From an uncultured Acidobacteriaceae bacterium (GTDB taxonomy: Bacteria; Acidobacteriota; Terriglobia; Terriglobales; Acidobacteriaceae), in assembly GCA_964509525.1 (NCBI GenBank), contig CAZDYZ010001058.1, forward strand, positions 1 through 28,636: a DNA stretch of 28,636 bases, read 5' to 3'. The notes under the pieces were generated by a model. The model was given only the letters and a program-made list of their open reading frames with translations. It did not search any database and was not told where the DNA came from. Below are positions 1 through 9,423 of this stretch, piece by piece. The position numbers and the translations under genes are program-made. Each line of letters opens with the position of its first letter. Positions within the stretch are counted from its first letter, which is position 1.

Positions 1-287
1 TTGATTTCCTTAATGCCCGCCAGCACCGCCGAGAATTCAATGAAGTCAGCATGAGTCATGTGGGCAATGATCTTTGCCAGAGTGGTCTTGCCAACGCCCG
101 GAGGTCCCCAGAAGATGAGCGAGCCTGTGTCGTCGCGCTCGATCTGTACCCGCAGCGTCTTTCCGGGTGCCAGGATGTGCTCTTGCCCGACAAACTCGTC
201 AAGCGTGCGCGGACGCATGCGATCAGCCAGGGGTCGCGACTTGTCCACCGCATCGTCGGGTTGAGGGATTTGCTGGAAGAGACTCAC
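1..287 (-). CDS. rarA: Replication-associated recombination protein A (RarA/MgsA AAA+ ATPase), N-terminal part, cut by window edge
   Basis: Manual translation from GTG at 287: [95 protein letters not shown]. It has the PLADRMRP motif and Walker A. Not in the supplied ORF track because it runs off the edge. Confidence 0.95.
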   Translation of the reverse strand, partial: MSLFQQIPQPDDAVDKSRPLADRMRPRTLDEFVGQEHILAPGKTLRVQIERDDTGSLIFWGPPGVGKTTLAKIIAHMTHADFIEFSAVLAGIKEI

Positions 288-534
288 GTAATCTGGTTTA
301 TCCCAAACCTGGAGTTTCTGAAAAAAGGACCGCTTTGCTCACGGCAACCTTCTGGCCGGAACAAGTCCCAGGCTCCGAACGACCTAATCTGCCGTCACAC
401 CGGAAGCCTGAGGATACTCAATGCGCCGAAAATTCACGCCGCAGGGAGCCATGTGTCGCCCCTTCGAGTGGCTCTCTGCACCGTCACGTTCAAGTACGCG
501 GCATAGCCAAATTCTAGTCCTTCACGGGGCATTT

Positions 535-1383
535 CTATTGCTCTCCGTGGCCCCCGTTTTTCAGACCCGTTTTTCTCTGCCTGGCGGCTTCATACAGCAT
601 GATTGAGGCTGCGATGCCTGCGTTGAGCGACTCCACCCGCAGACGCTGCGGGATTGCGACCACCTCATCGGCCTGGGTCAGCAGGTTCTTTGGGATTCCT
701 GCCCCTTCATTGCCCACAAGGAGTGCCACCGCACCGCACAGATCCGCCTCGTCGATCAACGTGCCCTTGTGCGAGGAGGTTGCAAGAATGCGAACCCCGC
801 GCGACCTGACCTCGTGAAGCGTTTTTTCCACTTCCACTTTCACCATGGGCAGGCGAAACAATGATCCTGCCGATGCTCGCACTGCCTTCCAGTTCCAGGG
901 ACTCACGGTGCGTTCGCCCAGCAGCAGGCCCGTGGCAGCAAAGGCCTCGGCCGAGCGGGCGATGGTTCCCAGGTTCCCGGGATCTTGCAGGCCGGCGATG
1001 ACAAGCAGCAGGACTGGGGCAGGAGAGAAGACATCGTCCAGCGCGAATGCTTTCGGCCGCACAAGAGCCGCGATTCCCTGAGGAGTTTCGCTAGGCACCG
1101 CGCTGGCGAAGACATCATCCGGCAGGAGCAGAGTTTCCGTGTGGGCGGAAAGCTGCGGCAGCAGCTTGTGCACCCGGTCGCGTGCCGACTCACTGAAAAA
1201 GACGGTTCCGAGCCGCAGTCCGCTCCGGATGGCCTCTTCCACGAGGTGCATGCCTTCGATGGCAACCGCCCCGTGTTCATCGGGTCCGGCGTCAGTGAAT
1301 CCCCGGCGCAGCTGCTTGACCCGCGCATTCTGGCGGCTATTGACGGGCCGCAGGCGACTGTCGAGCTCGATTGAATTGGCCAT
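535..1383 (-). CDS. TrmH/SpoU family RNA 2'-O-methyltransferase
   Basis: SPOUT motifs LQDPGNLGTIARSAEAF, VRASAGSLF, LLVGNEGAG and VESLNAGIAASIMLYE. Start placed at ATG 1383; the ORF extends to 1494. Confidence 0.92.
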   Translation of the reverse strand: MANSIELDSRLRPVNSRQNARVKQLRRGFTDAGPDEHGAVAIEGMHLVEEAIRSGLRLGTVFFSESARDRVHKLLPQLSAHTETLLLPDDVFASAVPSETPQGIAALVRPKAFALDDVFSPAPVLLLVIAGLQDPGNLGTIARSAEAFAATGLLLGERTVSPWNWKAVRASAGSLFRLPMVKVEVEKTLHEVRSRGVRILATSSHKGTLIDEADLCGAVALLVGNEGAGIPKNLLTQADEVVAIPQRLRVESLNAGIAASIMLYEAARQRKTGLKNGGHGEQ

Positions 1384-1618
1384 AGCCAGCGATGACCGGC
1401 GTCTATCGTACACCGCAGGAGCTGTATCCGTACGGTGTGCCAGTTTCGGCGTTTGACTAACCATTCTGCGTCCCGCAACGAGTTGGGCGATCATGCGCGC
1501 GGCAAGCGGCTGCGTCGCAGACTCGGTTACGGCATGGTAATCTGCTAAGTTGCCGTTCTACGGGGCGATGTGTTACGGTTTCGCCCCATCAACTCCTCAG
1601 CAGCAAGAAGAGGTACGG

Positions 1619-2266
1619 GTGCGCCCCGAAATCGTCAAGATCAGCAATGAGCAGCCAGAAGCCTCCCTGGTCACCTACGTGGCGGAAAAGATCCGCTCCG
1701 GCCTGGTCCTGGGCATGCCGACCGACACGTTTTACGGACTCGCCGCCGATCCCTTCAACCTCCATGCGGTGGACCGGGTTTACGAGATCAAGAACCGCTC
1801 GCGTCACAAGCCGCTGTCGCTGCTGATCGAATCGGTGGACCAAGCCGCAGATCTGGCATGGCCGGTTCCAGAAATTTTCTATTTGCTGGCCCGGCGTTTC
1901 TGGCCCGGGCCCATGACCATCATCGTCAAAGCCGATCCCAAGCTGCCACTCAAGGTCACTGCGAACACCGGGAACGTGGCGCTTCGCGTGCCCGCCGCCG
2001 AAATTCCGCTGGCCATCATTCGTTCTGCTGGTTTGCCCATTACGGCAACCTCGGCAAATCTGCATGGCGCTGCGGAATGTACATCCGCGCTGCAGGTGCG
2101 AGATCAGTTGGGCGATTGTGTTCCCGTCATTGTGGATGGCGGCCAGTCGCCGCGAGACATGCCTTCCACCATTGTCGATCTGACCAGCGAGGATGGAAGC
2201 TGGCGGCTGCTGCGGCACGGCGCCATTCCCGAAGAGCAGATCGTCGAGCTGCTAGGCCGGGAGTAG
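1619..2266 (+). CDS. tsaC: L-threonylcarbamoyladenylate synthase (TsaC/YrdC type, no Sua5 C-terminal domain)
   Basis: Motifs PTDTFYGL, IKNRSRHKPL, RFWPGPMT, VALRVP and ITATSAN. GTG start at 1619 inferred after a purine-rich RBS-like tract. Confidence 0.92.
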   Translation: MRPEIVKISNEQPEASLVTYVAEKIRSGLVLGMPTDTFYGLAADPFNLHAVDRVYEIKNRSRHKPLSLLIESVDQAADLAWPVPEIFYLLARRFWPGPMTIIVKADPKLPLKVTANTGNVALRVPAAEIPLAIIRSAGLPITATSANLHGAAECTSALQVRDQLGDCVPVIVDGGQSPRDMPSTIVDLTSEDGSWRLLRHGAIPEEQIVELLGRE

Positions 2267-2292
2267 TCGTCACGCCTGCGGGACCCTCCAAG

Positions 2293-2877
2293 TTGCACCT
2301 CAAAGTCTGGATCGTCCTCCTGGCCGCAGTTGTCGCGGTTGGCATGCTGTTGCACACCAGTGTGCAGATCATGCGTGATGCCGGCGTGGATGAACCTCAC
2401 GCCGCCGATGCCATCGTAGTCTTCGGAGCGGCCGAGTATGTCGGCCATCCGTCGCCGGTTTATCGGGCGCGTCTGGATCATGCCCATGATTTGTTCGAGC
2501 GCGGACTTGCTCCCGTTATCATCACCACCGGCGGCGCAGGCAAAGACCCTCGCTATAGCGAAGGACAGGTGGGCCGCGATTACCTGGAAGCGCGCGGCGT
2601 AGCCGACCTCAACTTGATTGCCGAGACTCAGGGCGGCAATACCGACGAATCCACACGTCGAGTGGCCAACATCATGCGCGCTAATGACATGCATAGCGCC
2701 CTGTTGGTCAGCGACGCCTATCACCTGTATCGCGCCAAGAAGATGATGGCGCGTGAGGGAATCCAGGTATATACATCACCTCGCCCGGGCTCGGTCCCCA
2801 AGACGGCATTCGGACGCTGGATGGCCGCCCTGCGTGAAGGCTTCAGCTACATGCTGTACCGGGCCCATGTTACGTAG
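2293..2877 (+). CDS. YdcF/DUF218 (ElyC/SanA-like) protein with N-terminal membrane anchor
   Basis: ADAIVVFGAA, ARLDHA, TGGAG, E..GGNTDES and VSDAYHLYRA. The start is uncertain (TTG 2293 chosen); the upstream part of ORF 1858..2877 overlaps tsaC and is treated as spurious. Confidence 0.85.
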   Translation: MHLKVWIVLLAAVVAVGMLLHTSVQIMRDAGVDEPHAADAIVVFGAAEYVGHPSPVYRARLDHAHDLFERGLAPVIITTGGAGKDPRYSEGQVGRDYLEARGVADLNLIAETQGGNTDESTRRVANIMRANDMHSALLVSDAYHLYRAKKMMAREGIQVYTSPRPGSVPKTAFGRWMAALREGFSYMLYRAHVT

Positions 2878-3019
2878 GAACCCGGTCTGCAATCAGAACC
2901 CGGGCCGTTGGTTCTCCGCTCGGTCTTGCAGCATCATCCTGATTTTCCGTGTGCGGCTCTTGTGCCTGCGACCTTCCCAACCAACCAGCGGCACCGGCGA
3001 GGGAAACCATGCTATGGGT

Positions 3020-3811
3020 TCAGTTCACCAAGGCCAGGATTCGAACTGGCCCGCCCGATCCCTTTTCCAGCTTAATGGGTGCTACCACTACGGTCGCTCC
3101 CGACGGCGGCACCAGCCCAAGGTTGGCGACATTTTCCAGGTGGTAAACGCTTTCCTTGGCGGTAAACAGGTGTACGGGATAGGTGGTAGTCGCACCAGTG
3201 TCCACGCTCATGGTGTCGATGCCGAGCCCTACCACCGCGCGTGTCTTGACCAGAAATGTTGCGGTCTCGAGGGCGTAGCCCGGATAGTGGGGCAGGTGGT
3301 CGTGCCCAAGATTTTGGAATTCCTGCTGTGAATTCCAGCGAACGTCCCAGCCGGTGTGGGCCATGACGACGGCGCCGGTTGGAATCTGGCCATGCTCATC
3401 TTCCCAGTCGGCTACGTCCTGGACACTGATCAGGTAGTCCGGATTATTCCTGACCTTTGCCTGAACGTTCAGCACCACCAGGGGCCGTACCAGCCTCTCC
3501 GCAGGAATCTGATCCACGGTCCACATGCCCTTGGCAAAATGGGCGGGCGCATCCAGGTGGGTTCCGTAATGCTCCTGCGTGGTGAAGATGCGCGAGTAAT
3601 ATCCATCCCGGTCAATGTTGCCTAGCTCTTTCGCTTCGAAAGGCGACCCTGCCGTGTCTTCCCAGTTGGGCGAGTGGTCGTTCAGATTGTGCGTCAGATC
3701 AATTACGGAGCGATAGACGGTGTGGTTGGGCATCGCGGGTTTGTGCTGGGCGAACAGGAACAAAGCTAGCGCCAGACTACAGCCTATAGCAAATGTCTTC
3801 CAGCGAGTCAT
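3020..3811 (-). CDS. Cyclase family metal-dependent hydrolase (KynB-like) with signal peptide
   Basis: HxGTHxDAPxH motif (EHYGTHLDAPAHF), LGIDTMSVD, HLENVANL and GSGGPVRILA; hydrophobic N-terminus. Confidence 0.9.
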   Translation of the reverse strand: MTRWKTFAIGCSLALALFLFAQHKPAMPNHTVYRSVIDLTHNLNDHSPNWEDTAGSPFEAKELGNIDRDGYYSRIFTTQEHYGTHLDAPAHFAKGMWTVDQIPAERLVRPLVVLNVQAKVRNNPDYLISVQDVADWEDEHGQIPTGAVVMAHTGWDVRWNSQQEFQNLGHDHLPHYPGYALETATFLVKTRAVVGLGIDTMSVDTGATTTYPVHLFTAKESVYHLENVANLGLVPPSGATVVVAPIKLEKGSGGPVRILALVN

Positions 3812-4130
3812 CACCTGGGTTGAGGGGTCCCCTTCTCTTATTGGATGCGCCCAGGGGCGCAACAGCTTCCACGACTTACGTTAACAGGAAGTTAAGACCA
3901 CACTGCGGAATCCTACTGGTTCGCGATACAGGCGGTACCAGGCGAACCACTATCGCGCGGCGCGACGTTGCGCCGTTGGGAGTTGTGATTGGATTTGCCT
4001 AGCGTTTGCGCTAATTGCCGGTAAGAAGCCCAAGAACAGTCTACGGTCGATTCACGCAACGGGATAAGGGCATAGGTCAAATTCAATGATGACCGTCATA
4101 CCGCCAGATCCTTACGGCCAGGGGCTTCGA

Positions 4131-4153
4131 ACCATCCATCCGCCATGGATGGT
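4131..4153 (-). terminator. Perfect 9-bp hairpin just downstream of the VWA gene stop; no U-tract
   Basis: ACCATCCAT-ccgcc-ATGGATGGT, about 20 nt after the VWA stop codon. Confidence 0.35.
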
Positions 4154-4174
4154 GCATGCTATGAGCTCCCATGT

Positions 4175-5188
4175 TTAAGGCTGGGACTCGACTGCCCAAT
4201 AACCGCTGCGGGCCAGCACAGTTGCATTCGCCGGTTCCTTGAGACGCACCGTCAGCCGGTGTAGCCCGGGATGGGGATGCGTAGGCTGAAAGCTCAACAG
4301 ATACCGGCTATGCAGGTGATTGGAGAAGTCGTTCATTCGGGCGTCAAAACCGTGGCTCGAATCGAACATCTCATACTCGCCACCACTAAGAGAGGCGATC
4401 GCCTTGGCTGTATTCCTGCGCATGGCCTGGGCGGCCAGCACAAGCGGCGCCAGCAGATCCGGGCCTTCATGGATCTCGGTTTGTTCGTGATGCAGGTCAG
4501 GATTGTTGGCGCCACGCAGGGTGTCAAGCACGTTTGACTTCGAGGGCGAAAATGCGAGGGTATAGACGACGGTGTTGCTGTTACCGATTGCTCTTATAAC
4601 GTCATCCACGGTGGCGGAATGGCTGCCGTGATCACGCGTTTCGCTGATCAGCAACAGGACTCGTTTGCGATTCTTCGGCATCCCCTGAAGCAACCTCACC
4701 GAATAGCTCACTGCATCCAAAATCGCGGCACCACCATCGCCGGGCTGCAAAGTTCGCAGCACGGTTTCCACAGCGCTCTGATCGCCGGTGAAATTCTCGA
4801 TCATGTGCACCTGACTGTCGAAGGCAAGCAGGGCGACCTTGCTCTGCGGTTGCGCCATCACGGGCTGCAGCATAGTGCCCAGTCCATGCATCCTGGGAAG
4901 TTCATAGTCGGCCCGTCGCCCGCACTGAATAGCAACCACCAGTGATACCGGGTCGGACTCCGCTGTTTCCTCAAGCCGGACAGCCTGGGGTATGCCATCG
5001 TCTTCCACGATGAAGTCGTCGGCCCGCAGACCATAGACGATTTCGCCAGCTTTGTCGCGAACCAGAGCGGGTACCAGCACGACATTTGACTGCGCACGGA
5101 AGGTGGGCTCCTCTTGTGGGTTCGCGAGACTAACCATTAGCCAAAAGAGGAGCGTGATGCGAAGCCAAGGGAACTTCTGATTCTTCAT
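4175..5188 (-). CDS. Secreted VWA-domain protein (acidobacterial VWFA-related family)
   Basis: Signal peptide, PTFRAQSNVVLVPALVRDK, L..DDFIVEDDGIPQ, AILDAVSYSV, KRVLLLISETRDHGS and LHSRYLLSF. Confidence 0.88.
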   Translation of the reverse strand: MKNQKFPWLRITLLFWLMVSLANPQEEPTFRAQSNVVLVPALVRDKAGEIVYGLRADDFIVEDDGIPQAVRLEETAESDPVSLVVAIQCGRRADYELPRMHGLGTMLQPVMAQPQSKVALLAFDSQVHMIENFTGDQSAVETVLRTLQPGDGGAAILDAVSYSVRLLQGMPKNRKRVLLLISETRDHGSHSATVDDVIRAIGNSNTVVYTLAFSPSKSNVLDTLRGANNPDLHHEQTEIHEGPDLLAPLVLAAQAMRRNTAKAIASLSGGEYEMFDSSHGFDARMNDFSNHLHSRYLLSFQPTHPHPGLHRLTVRLKEPANATVLARSGYWAVESQP

Positions 5189-5243
5189 GAATCTTCCGAT
5201 TTGTACCACGAATTGCAGGCGTCAACCGGAGCCAAGGCAGAAT

Positions 5244-5578
5244 AAGGCCCGCCGCCAAGAAACAGAAGCGAGGCGCTGTTGTATCGCACAGTCGTTGCTT
5301 ACCTGATCTGTCTCTGCAAGTCCGGCCGGGCGCAGCAGCAGACGCACAACCCCAACGGGCGTGAACAGGCCAACGGGCGGCCGTCACCGGAACACAGAAA
5401 GGCAGCGGCTCACTGGAGCAGCGCCCGAGTGCAGCAGGACGGGTCCCAGCCTCGGCTTGCCGCACCACGTGCCACTCCCCTTACGAGCACGCGACGACGG
5501 ACACATTTGCGGATATCCGATGGTGCCTGGAAGAGGGTGAGCAACCCCATCGGGGGACAAGAACATGGCGGAAGCCCT
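5244..5578 (-). ncRNA. Candidate ~335-nt structured RNA, unassigned family
   Basis: The ends pair (5578-5566 with 5257-5244, 13 bp with one bulge) and there are several internal stems. G-U pairs arise on the minus strand and become A-C mismatches on the plus strand. No convincing ORF. Folded by eye only. Confidence 0.4.
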
Positions 5579-5591
5579 GAGGATGCCAACG

Positions 5592-7565
5592 CTAATTATT
5601 GCGTTTCAAGGCAAACCCAAACCACAACGAATTTGAGCCGTTATAGTTCACTTCCGATTTTTGTTGTGAGCCAAAGCCCATCCGTTCGGCTTTGATCGAA
5701 CAACCGCGGCACGGGTTCTCCAGCACAAATTCGTATCGCCCGTCTTTTCTTGAGTTCGTGGCTGCTAATACCTTTCCGGCTGCATCGCTGAGCGTGACGC
5801 TAGCCCGGGGAAGCGGCCAGCCGGCTTCATCGGTCACTACGCCTTGAACTTTCCCGCGAAGAGGCATCCCTTCCGGCACAAAGTCCCGCATCATGTATCC
5901 GGGTCCACGCAACGGACGTCCGCCTAACTGCCCGGTGACAGTGTCATGTTCCAGCGCTAGCACGCCGTTCACGAAGACATAAGCGAATCCAACCGACGGC
6001 CGGTTGGGATCGTCATAAGTTGCTGTGTCGCGCACTTTTTCGGGATCGAAAACTGTGATGTCGGCGAAATAGTCTGCCCGCAGCAATCCCCGATGGTCAA
6101 GCTTTTCTCGCTGTGCTGGCAGCGAAGTGAACTTGCGAATCGCATCTTCCAATCGCAGGTTGTGTTCCTCGCGCACATAGGTGCCGAGAATGCGCGCAAA
6201 GCTGCCATAGGCCCGAGGGTGCGACTTCGACTCGCCCAGCGTTCCGCTCGGGTTAACCGCTGCGTAATCTGTCCCAACACTCACCCACGGCTGGCGCATG
6301 GCCAGTTTCACGTCCTCCTCGCTCATCAGGAAATATACGGCGCCGGTGTTATCCCGGTCGGCTATAACCAGGTCCATCACCGCATCCAACGGATCTTTGT
6401 TGTCCATCTTCCCAATCTGCGCGGCTGTCTTGCCTTCGTACTTGCGAAGCTCAGGGTTCAGCACTGCGATGACCAGGACGCCGTCGGCGCCGCCGGCGCC
6501 TTTCCACAGATTCTCGAACGAAGTGTCGGAGCTGGCGATGTCCTTTCGAATCCGTTCCCGGAGTGCCGGGTCCTTGAGCCGCTTCACAAATTCGTCGGGG
6601 CCGCCCGCGTGATACTTGGGAGGAATGACGGCGCCTAGCGAAGTTGCTGCACCGGTATAGGGATACTGGTCAGCGGTGACATCAACCCCACGGGCCCGCG
6701 CCTGCTCGATGGCGGAGATCACTTGTGGCATCTTGCCCCAGTTCTGCTTGCCGGCAACCTTGAGATGGAAGATCTCCACCGGAATATTGGCCTCGCGGCC
6801 GATGCGAAAGGCTTCACTCTGCGCCTCCATTTCGGCATCACCTTCGTTGCGCATGTGGGATGCATAGATGCCACCCTTCTTGGCTGCGACCTTGGCCAGT
6901 GCGATTAGCTCTTCGGTCTTGGCGTACGAACCCGGCGAATAGATCAGCGCGCTGGAGATGCCCATCGCGCCGTCGCCCATGGCGTCGTCCACCAGGATCT
7001 CCATCTCTTTCAGCTCGTCGGCGGTGGGTGCACGATCGGAAGTGCCGATCACCATGTGGCGAACCTGAGCCGCTCCCACATAGGTCGCCAGATTGATCCC
7101 ACTGCCCTGCTGGGTCAAGCGCTGGAAGTATTCTTCCAGCGACTGCCAGTCGGGAGTGAGATGGTAGTGTCGATAGAAATCCGCATGCTCTTGGTTGAGC
7201 GCATCGTTGGTGGGCGCAATGGAATCGCCTTCCCCCGTGATCTCCGTCGTGATGCCTTGCGTCAGCTTGCTGACCGCCTGTTTGTCAATCAGCAGATTCA
7301 CCTCCGACTGGCCTAGCATGTCAATAAAGCCGGGAGCAACCACCAATCCTGTAGCGTCAATCGTGCGCCTGGCGGTGATTCCAGGATCGGCTTTGCCGAG
7401 GAACGCGATGCGATCGCCAATGACGCCAACGTCCGCATAGATCCAGGGATTACCGCTGCCATCTACAACGCGACCGTTGCGGATCAGCACGTCGTATTGT
7501 TGTGCCAGAAGTGGTGTTGTGAGGGCGATAAGAACGGCGGCCAGGGAAAGTTTATTTGTCGGCAA
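5592..7565 (-). CDS. Exported N-acyl-D-amino-acid deacylase (amidohydrolase) with C-terminal carboxypeptidase-regulatory-like beta-sandwich
   Basis: DVLIRNGRVVDGSG, VAPGFID, YASHMRNE, VEIFHLK, HPRAYGSFARILG, GLLRADYFADITVFDP. The extra C-terminal ~90 aa is VQGVVTDEAGWPLPRASVTL..GRYEF. Confidence 0.9.
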   Translation of the reverse strand: MPTNKLSLAAVLIALTTPLLAQQYDVLIRNGRVVDGSGNPWIYADVGVIGDRIAFLGKADPGITARRTIDATGLVVAPGFIDMLGQSEVNLLIDKQAVSKLTQGITTEITGEGDSIAPTNDALNQEHADFYRHYHLTPDWQSLEEYFQRLTQQGSGINLATYVGAAQVRHMVIGTSDRAPTADELKEMEILVDDAMGDGAMGISSALIYSPGSYAKTEELIALAKVAAKKGGIYASHMRNEGDAEMEAQSEAFRIGREANIPVEIFHLKVAGKQNWGKMPQVISAIEQARARGVDVTADQYPYTGAATSLGAVIPPKYHAGGPDEFVKRLKDPALRERIRKDIASSDTSFENLWKGAGGADGVLVIAVLNPELRKYEGKTAAQIGKMDNKDPLDAVMDLVIADRDNTGAVYFLMSEEDVKLAMRQPWVSVGTDYAAVNPSGTLGESKSHPRAYGSFARILGTYVREEHNLRLEDAIRKFTSLPAQREKLDHRGLLRADYFADITVFDPEKVRDTATYDDPNRPSVGFAYVFVNGVLALEHDTVTGQLGGRPLRGPGYMMRDFVPEGMPLRGKVQGVVTDEAGWPLPRASVTLSDAAGKVLAATNSRKDGRYEFVLENPCRGCSIKAERMGFGSQQKSEVNYNGSNSLWFGFALKRNN

Positions 7566-7622
7566 AGTCAGCTCCGAAGCTGGGTATGAGCTAACAAACT
7601 AACACGCGCGCAGCTCCGATTC

Positions 7623-8363
7623 TCAGGCAGCCATTTTCTCCACCACTATCGCCGCAAGCAGGGCGAGGTCGGCAGCAAAGACGGTACTCACAAAATTCAC
7701 TGCGTCGTTTTCCAGCTTGCCCGAGTTTTCCCAAGTTGCTCCCAAAACGCTATCGAGGAACATGCCTGCGATACCGGACATGGCGATAACAGGTGTTCGT
7801 TGCCAACTCACAACTCCAACCATCGCGCTGCCCCACCCCACTGCGGCGGCAGCGATGCACCCGCTCAAAGTGCCTTCGAGGCTGATCGCGCCATTGGTCC
7901 CGATCGGCACCTGATGAAAGTTGGTGATGATGTAGGCTCGGTCTGCTGTCGCCTGTCCGATTTCGCTGGAGACTGTATCGGCCGCTGCCTCCGCCAAGGC
8001 AGCGGTCGCGGCCACGAGCAGGATATCGCTGCTGTGTGGGAACCAGAGCACCGGCAAAGCGCACAGCGCCGCCGCAGACAGGTTGGCGAGAACCTGCCAG
8101 GCTGTGCGTCCACGGTTGCGCTCAGCCACTCCCAAACGCTGTTTACGCGTGTAGCCCCAGTGGGTCGTCACCAGAGTCAGCACAAAAACCACCAACAGTG
8201 GAACAAAGCCGGGAAGCCCGGCGCCGAGCATCAGGCAGAAGGCCATCAGCACTCCTACCAGCGCTCCCCCGTCGGTCACTGCACCTATGACGCGGGCTAC
8301 CAGCGCGAAGCCGATGGCAATGACTGCGGCAGGCAAACCTCTTGAATGGATGAGACTTGTCAC
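7623..8363 (-). CDS. DUF92/TMEM19 family integral membrane protein
   Basis: GRTAWQVLAN, ALAEAAADTVSSEIG, GTNGAISLEGT, FLDSVLGATWE and NDAVNF. GTG start at 8363 is inferred. Confidence 0.88.
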   Translation of the reverse strand: MTSLIHSRGLPAAVIAIGFALVARVIGAVTDGGALVGVLMAFCLMLGAGLPGFVPLLVVFVLTLVTTHWGYTRKQRLGVAERNRGRTAWQVLANLSAAALCALPVLWFPHSSDILLVAATAALAEAAADTVSSEIGQATADRAYIITNFHQVPIGTNGAISLEGTLSGCIAAAAVGWGSAMVGVVSWQRTPVIAMSGIAGMFLDSVLGATWENSGKLENDAVNFVSTVFAADLALLAAIVVEKMAA

Positions 8364-8559
8364 GCTTCCTGGGCCAGTATCGCATGCCAGGGTCGTGCCC
8401 TGCTCCCTGCCCGCCAGACAGCACAGCAAATGGTGCAGCTCATCGCGCAAATCCTGCCAATCGAACAGATTGGCAATCTTGGGTCTTGACAATCTCGGCC
8501 CGGTGAACCATGCTGTGCCGGGGTTATCGCATAACTTTCTCGGCCGGAATGGTGAAAAC

Positions 8560-9423
8560 ATGGCAGCTTCTGTGTGGTCTGGTTATCTGACATTCGGACT
8601 GATCTCTATACCGGTGCGGCTGTTTTCAGGCGCACGCGGTAACCATATTGCGTTTCACATGCTGCATCGGGACGACAACACACGGATCAAGCAGCAACTC
8701 TGGTGCCCACACGACGAGCGCGTGGTGGAGCGTAGCGAAATTGTCAAAGGCTTCGAATACCGCAAGGGCGAGTACGTAATCATCGAGCCTGATGAAATCA
8801 AGAAGATTGAACCGAAGACCGCCAAGGCGATGGAGATCCTCGAGTTTGTCAAGGCCGAGGAAGTCGATCCGGTTTACTTCGAATCTTCCTATTACCTGAT
8901 GCCGGAAGAGGCTGGGCGCAAGCCTTACGCCTTGTTGTCGCGCGCGCTGGAAGAAACGGACTACGTTGCCATTGCCAAGCTGACCATGCACAACCGCGAA
9001 TACACAGTATTCCTGCGCCCCTATGAAGGCGGGCTCATGTTGCACACCATGTATTACAAAGAAGAGGTGCGGAAAGTGGAAAGTTTCGGCCGTCCGGACG
9101 TTGAGTTGAAAGAGGCCGAGGTTAAGATTGCCCACCAACTGATCGACGCTCTTGCCGGCAAGTTCGAACCGGAAAAGTATCATGATAGCTTTGAAGAAAA
9201 CCTTAAGACCCTTATCAAGGCGCGCCTCGAGGGGGATGAAGTCAGCTCTTTGGAGAAGCCTCGCAAACCCGCGCCCGTAGTGGATTTGATGGCCGCACTG
9301 AAGGAGAGCCTGGCGCAGCTACCCAAGAAGCCTCCACAGCGAGTAGCAGAAGCGCATCGGGAATCGGAAGTGAAGATCGTGCGGAAAGGCACCAAGACTT
9401 CGCGGCGCAGCAGCGCTGCCTGA
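8560..9423 (+). CDS. ku: Non-homologous end-joining protein Ku
   Basis: WSGYLTFGLISIPVRLFS, IVKGFEY, IDPVYF-like VDPVYFESSYYL, KPYALL..AL and VVDLMAALKESL, plus a basic C-terminal tail. Confidence 0.95.
   Translation: MAASVWSGYLTFGLISIPVRLFSGARGNHIAFHMLHRDDNTRIKQQLWCPHDERVVERSEIVKGFEYRKGEYVIIEPDEIKKIEPKTAKAMEILEFVKAEEVDPVYFESSYYLMPEEAGRKPYALLSRALEETDYVAIAKLTMHNREYTVFLRPYEGGLMLHTMYYKEEVRKVESFGRPDVELKEAEVKIAHQLIDALAGKFEPEKYHDSFEENLKTLIKARLEGDEVSSLEKPRKPAPVVDLMAALKESLAQLPKKPPQRVAEAHRESEVKIVRKGTKTSRRSSAA

Noticed and set aside
1858-2292. Long N-terminal extension of the YdcF ORF
   Set aside because: Overlaps tsaC in another frame and is low-complexity Arg-rich; spurious.
4105-4140. GGTTCGAAGCC on the minus strand resembles a tRNA T-loop
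   Set aside because: No T-stem pairing, acceptor stem or CCA; not a tRNA.
5244-5578. Assignment of the structured region to RNase P, tmRNA, SRP, 6S, TPP riboswitch or group I intron
   Set aside because: Only fragmentary look-alikes (ACCTGATC, AACAGAA, CAGAGAC); the obligatory partner motifs are absent.
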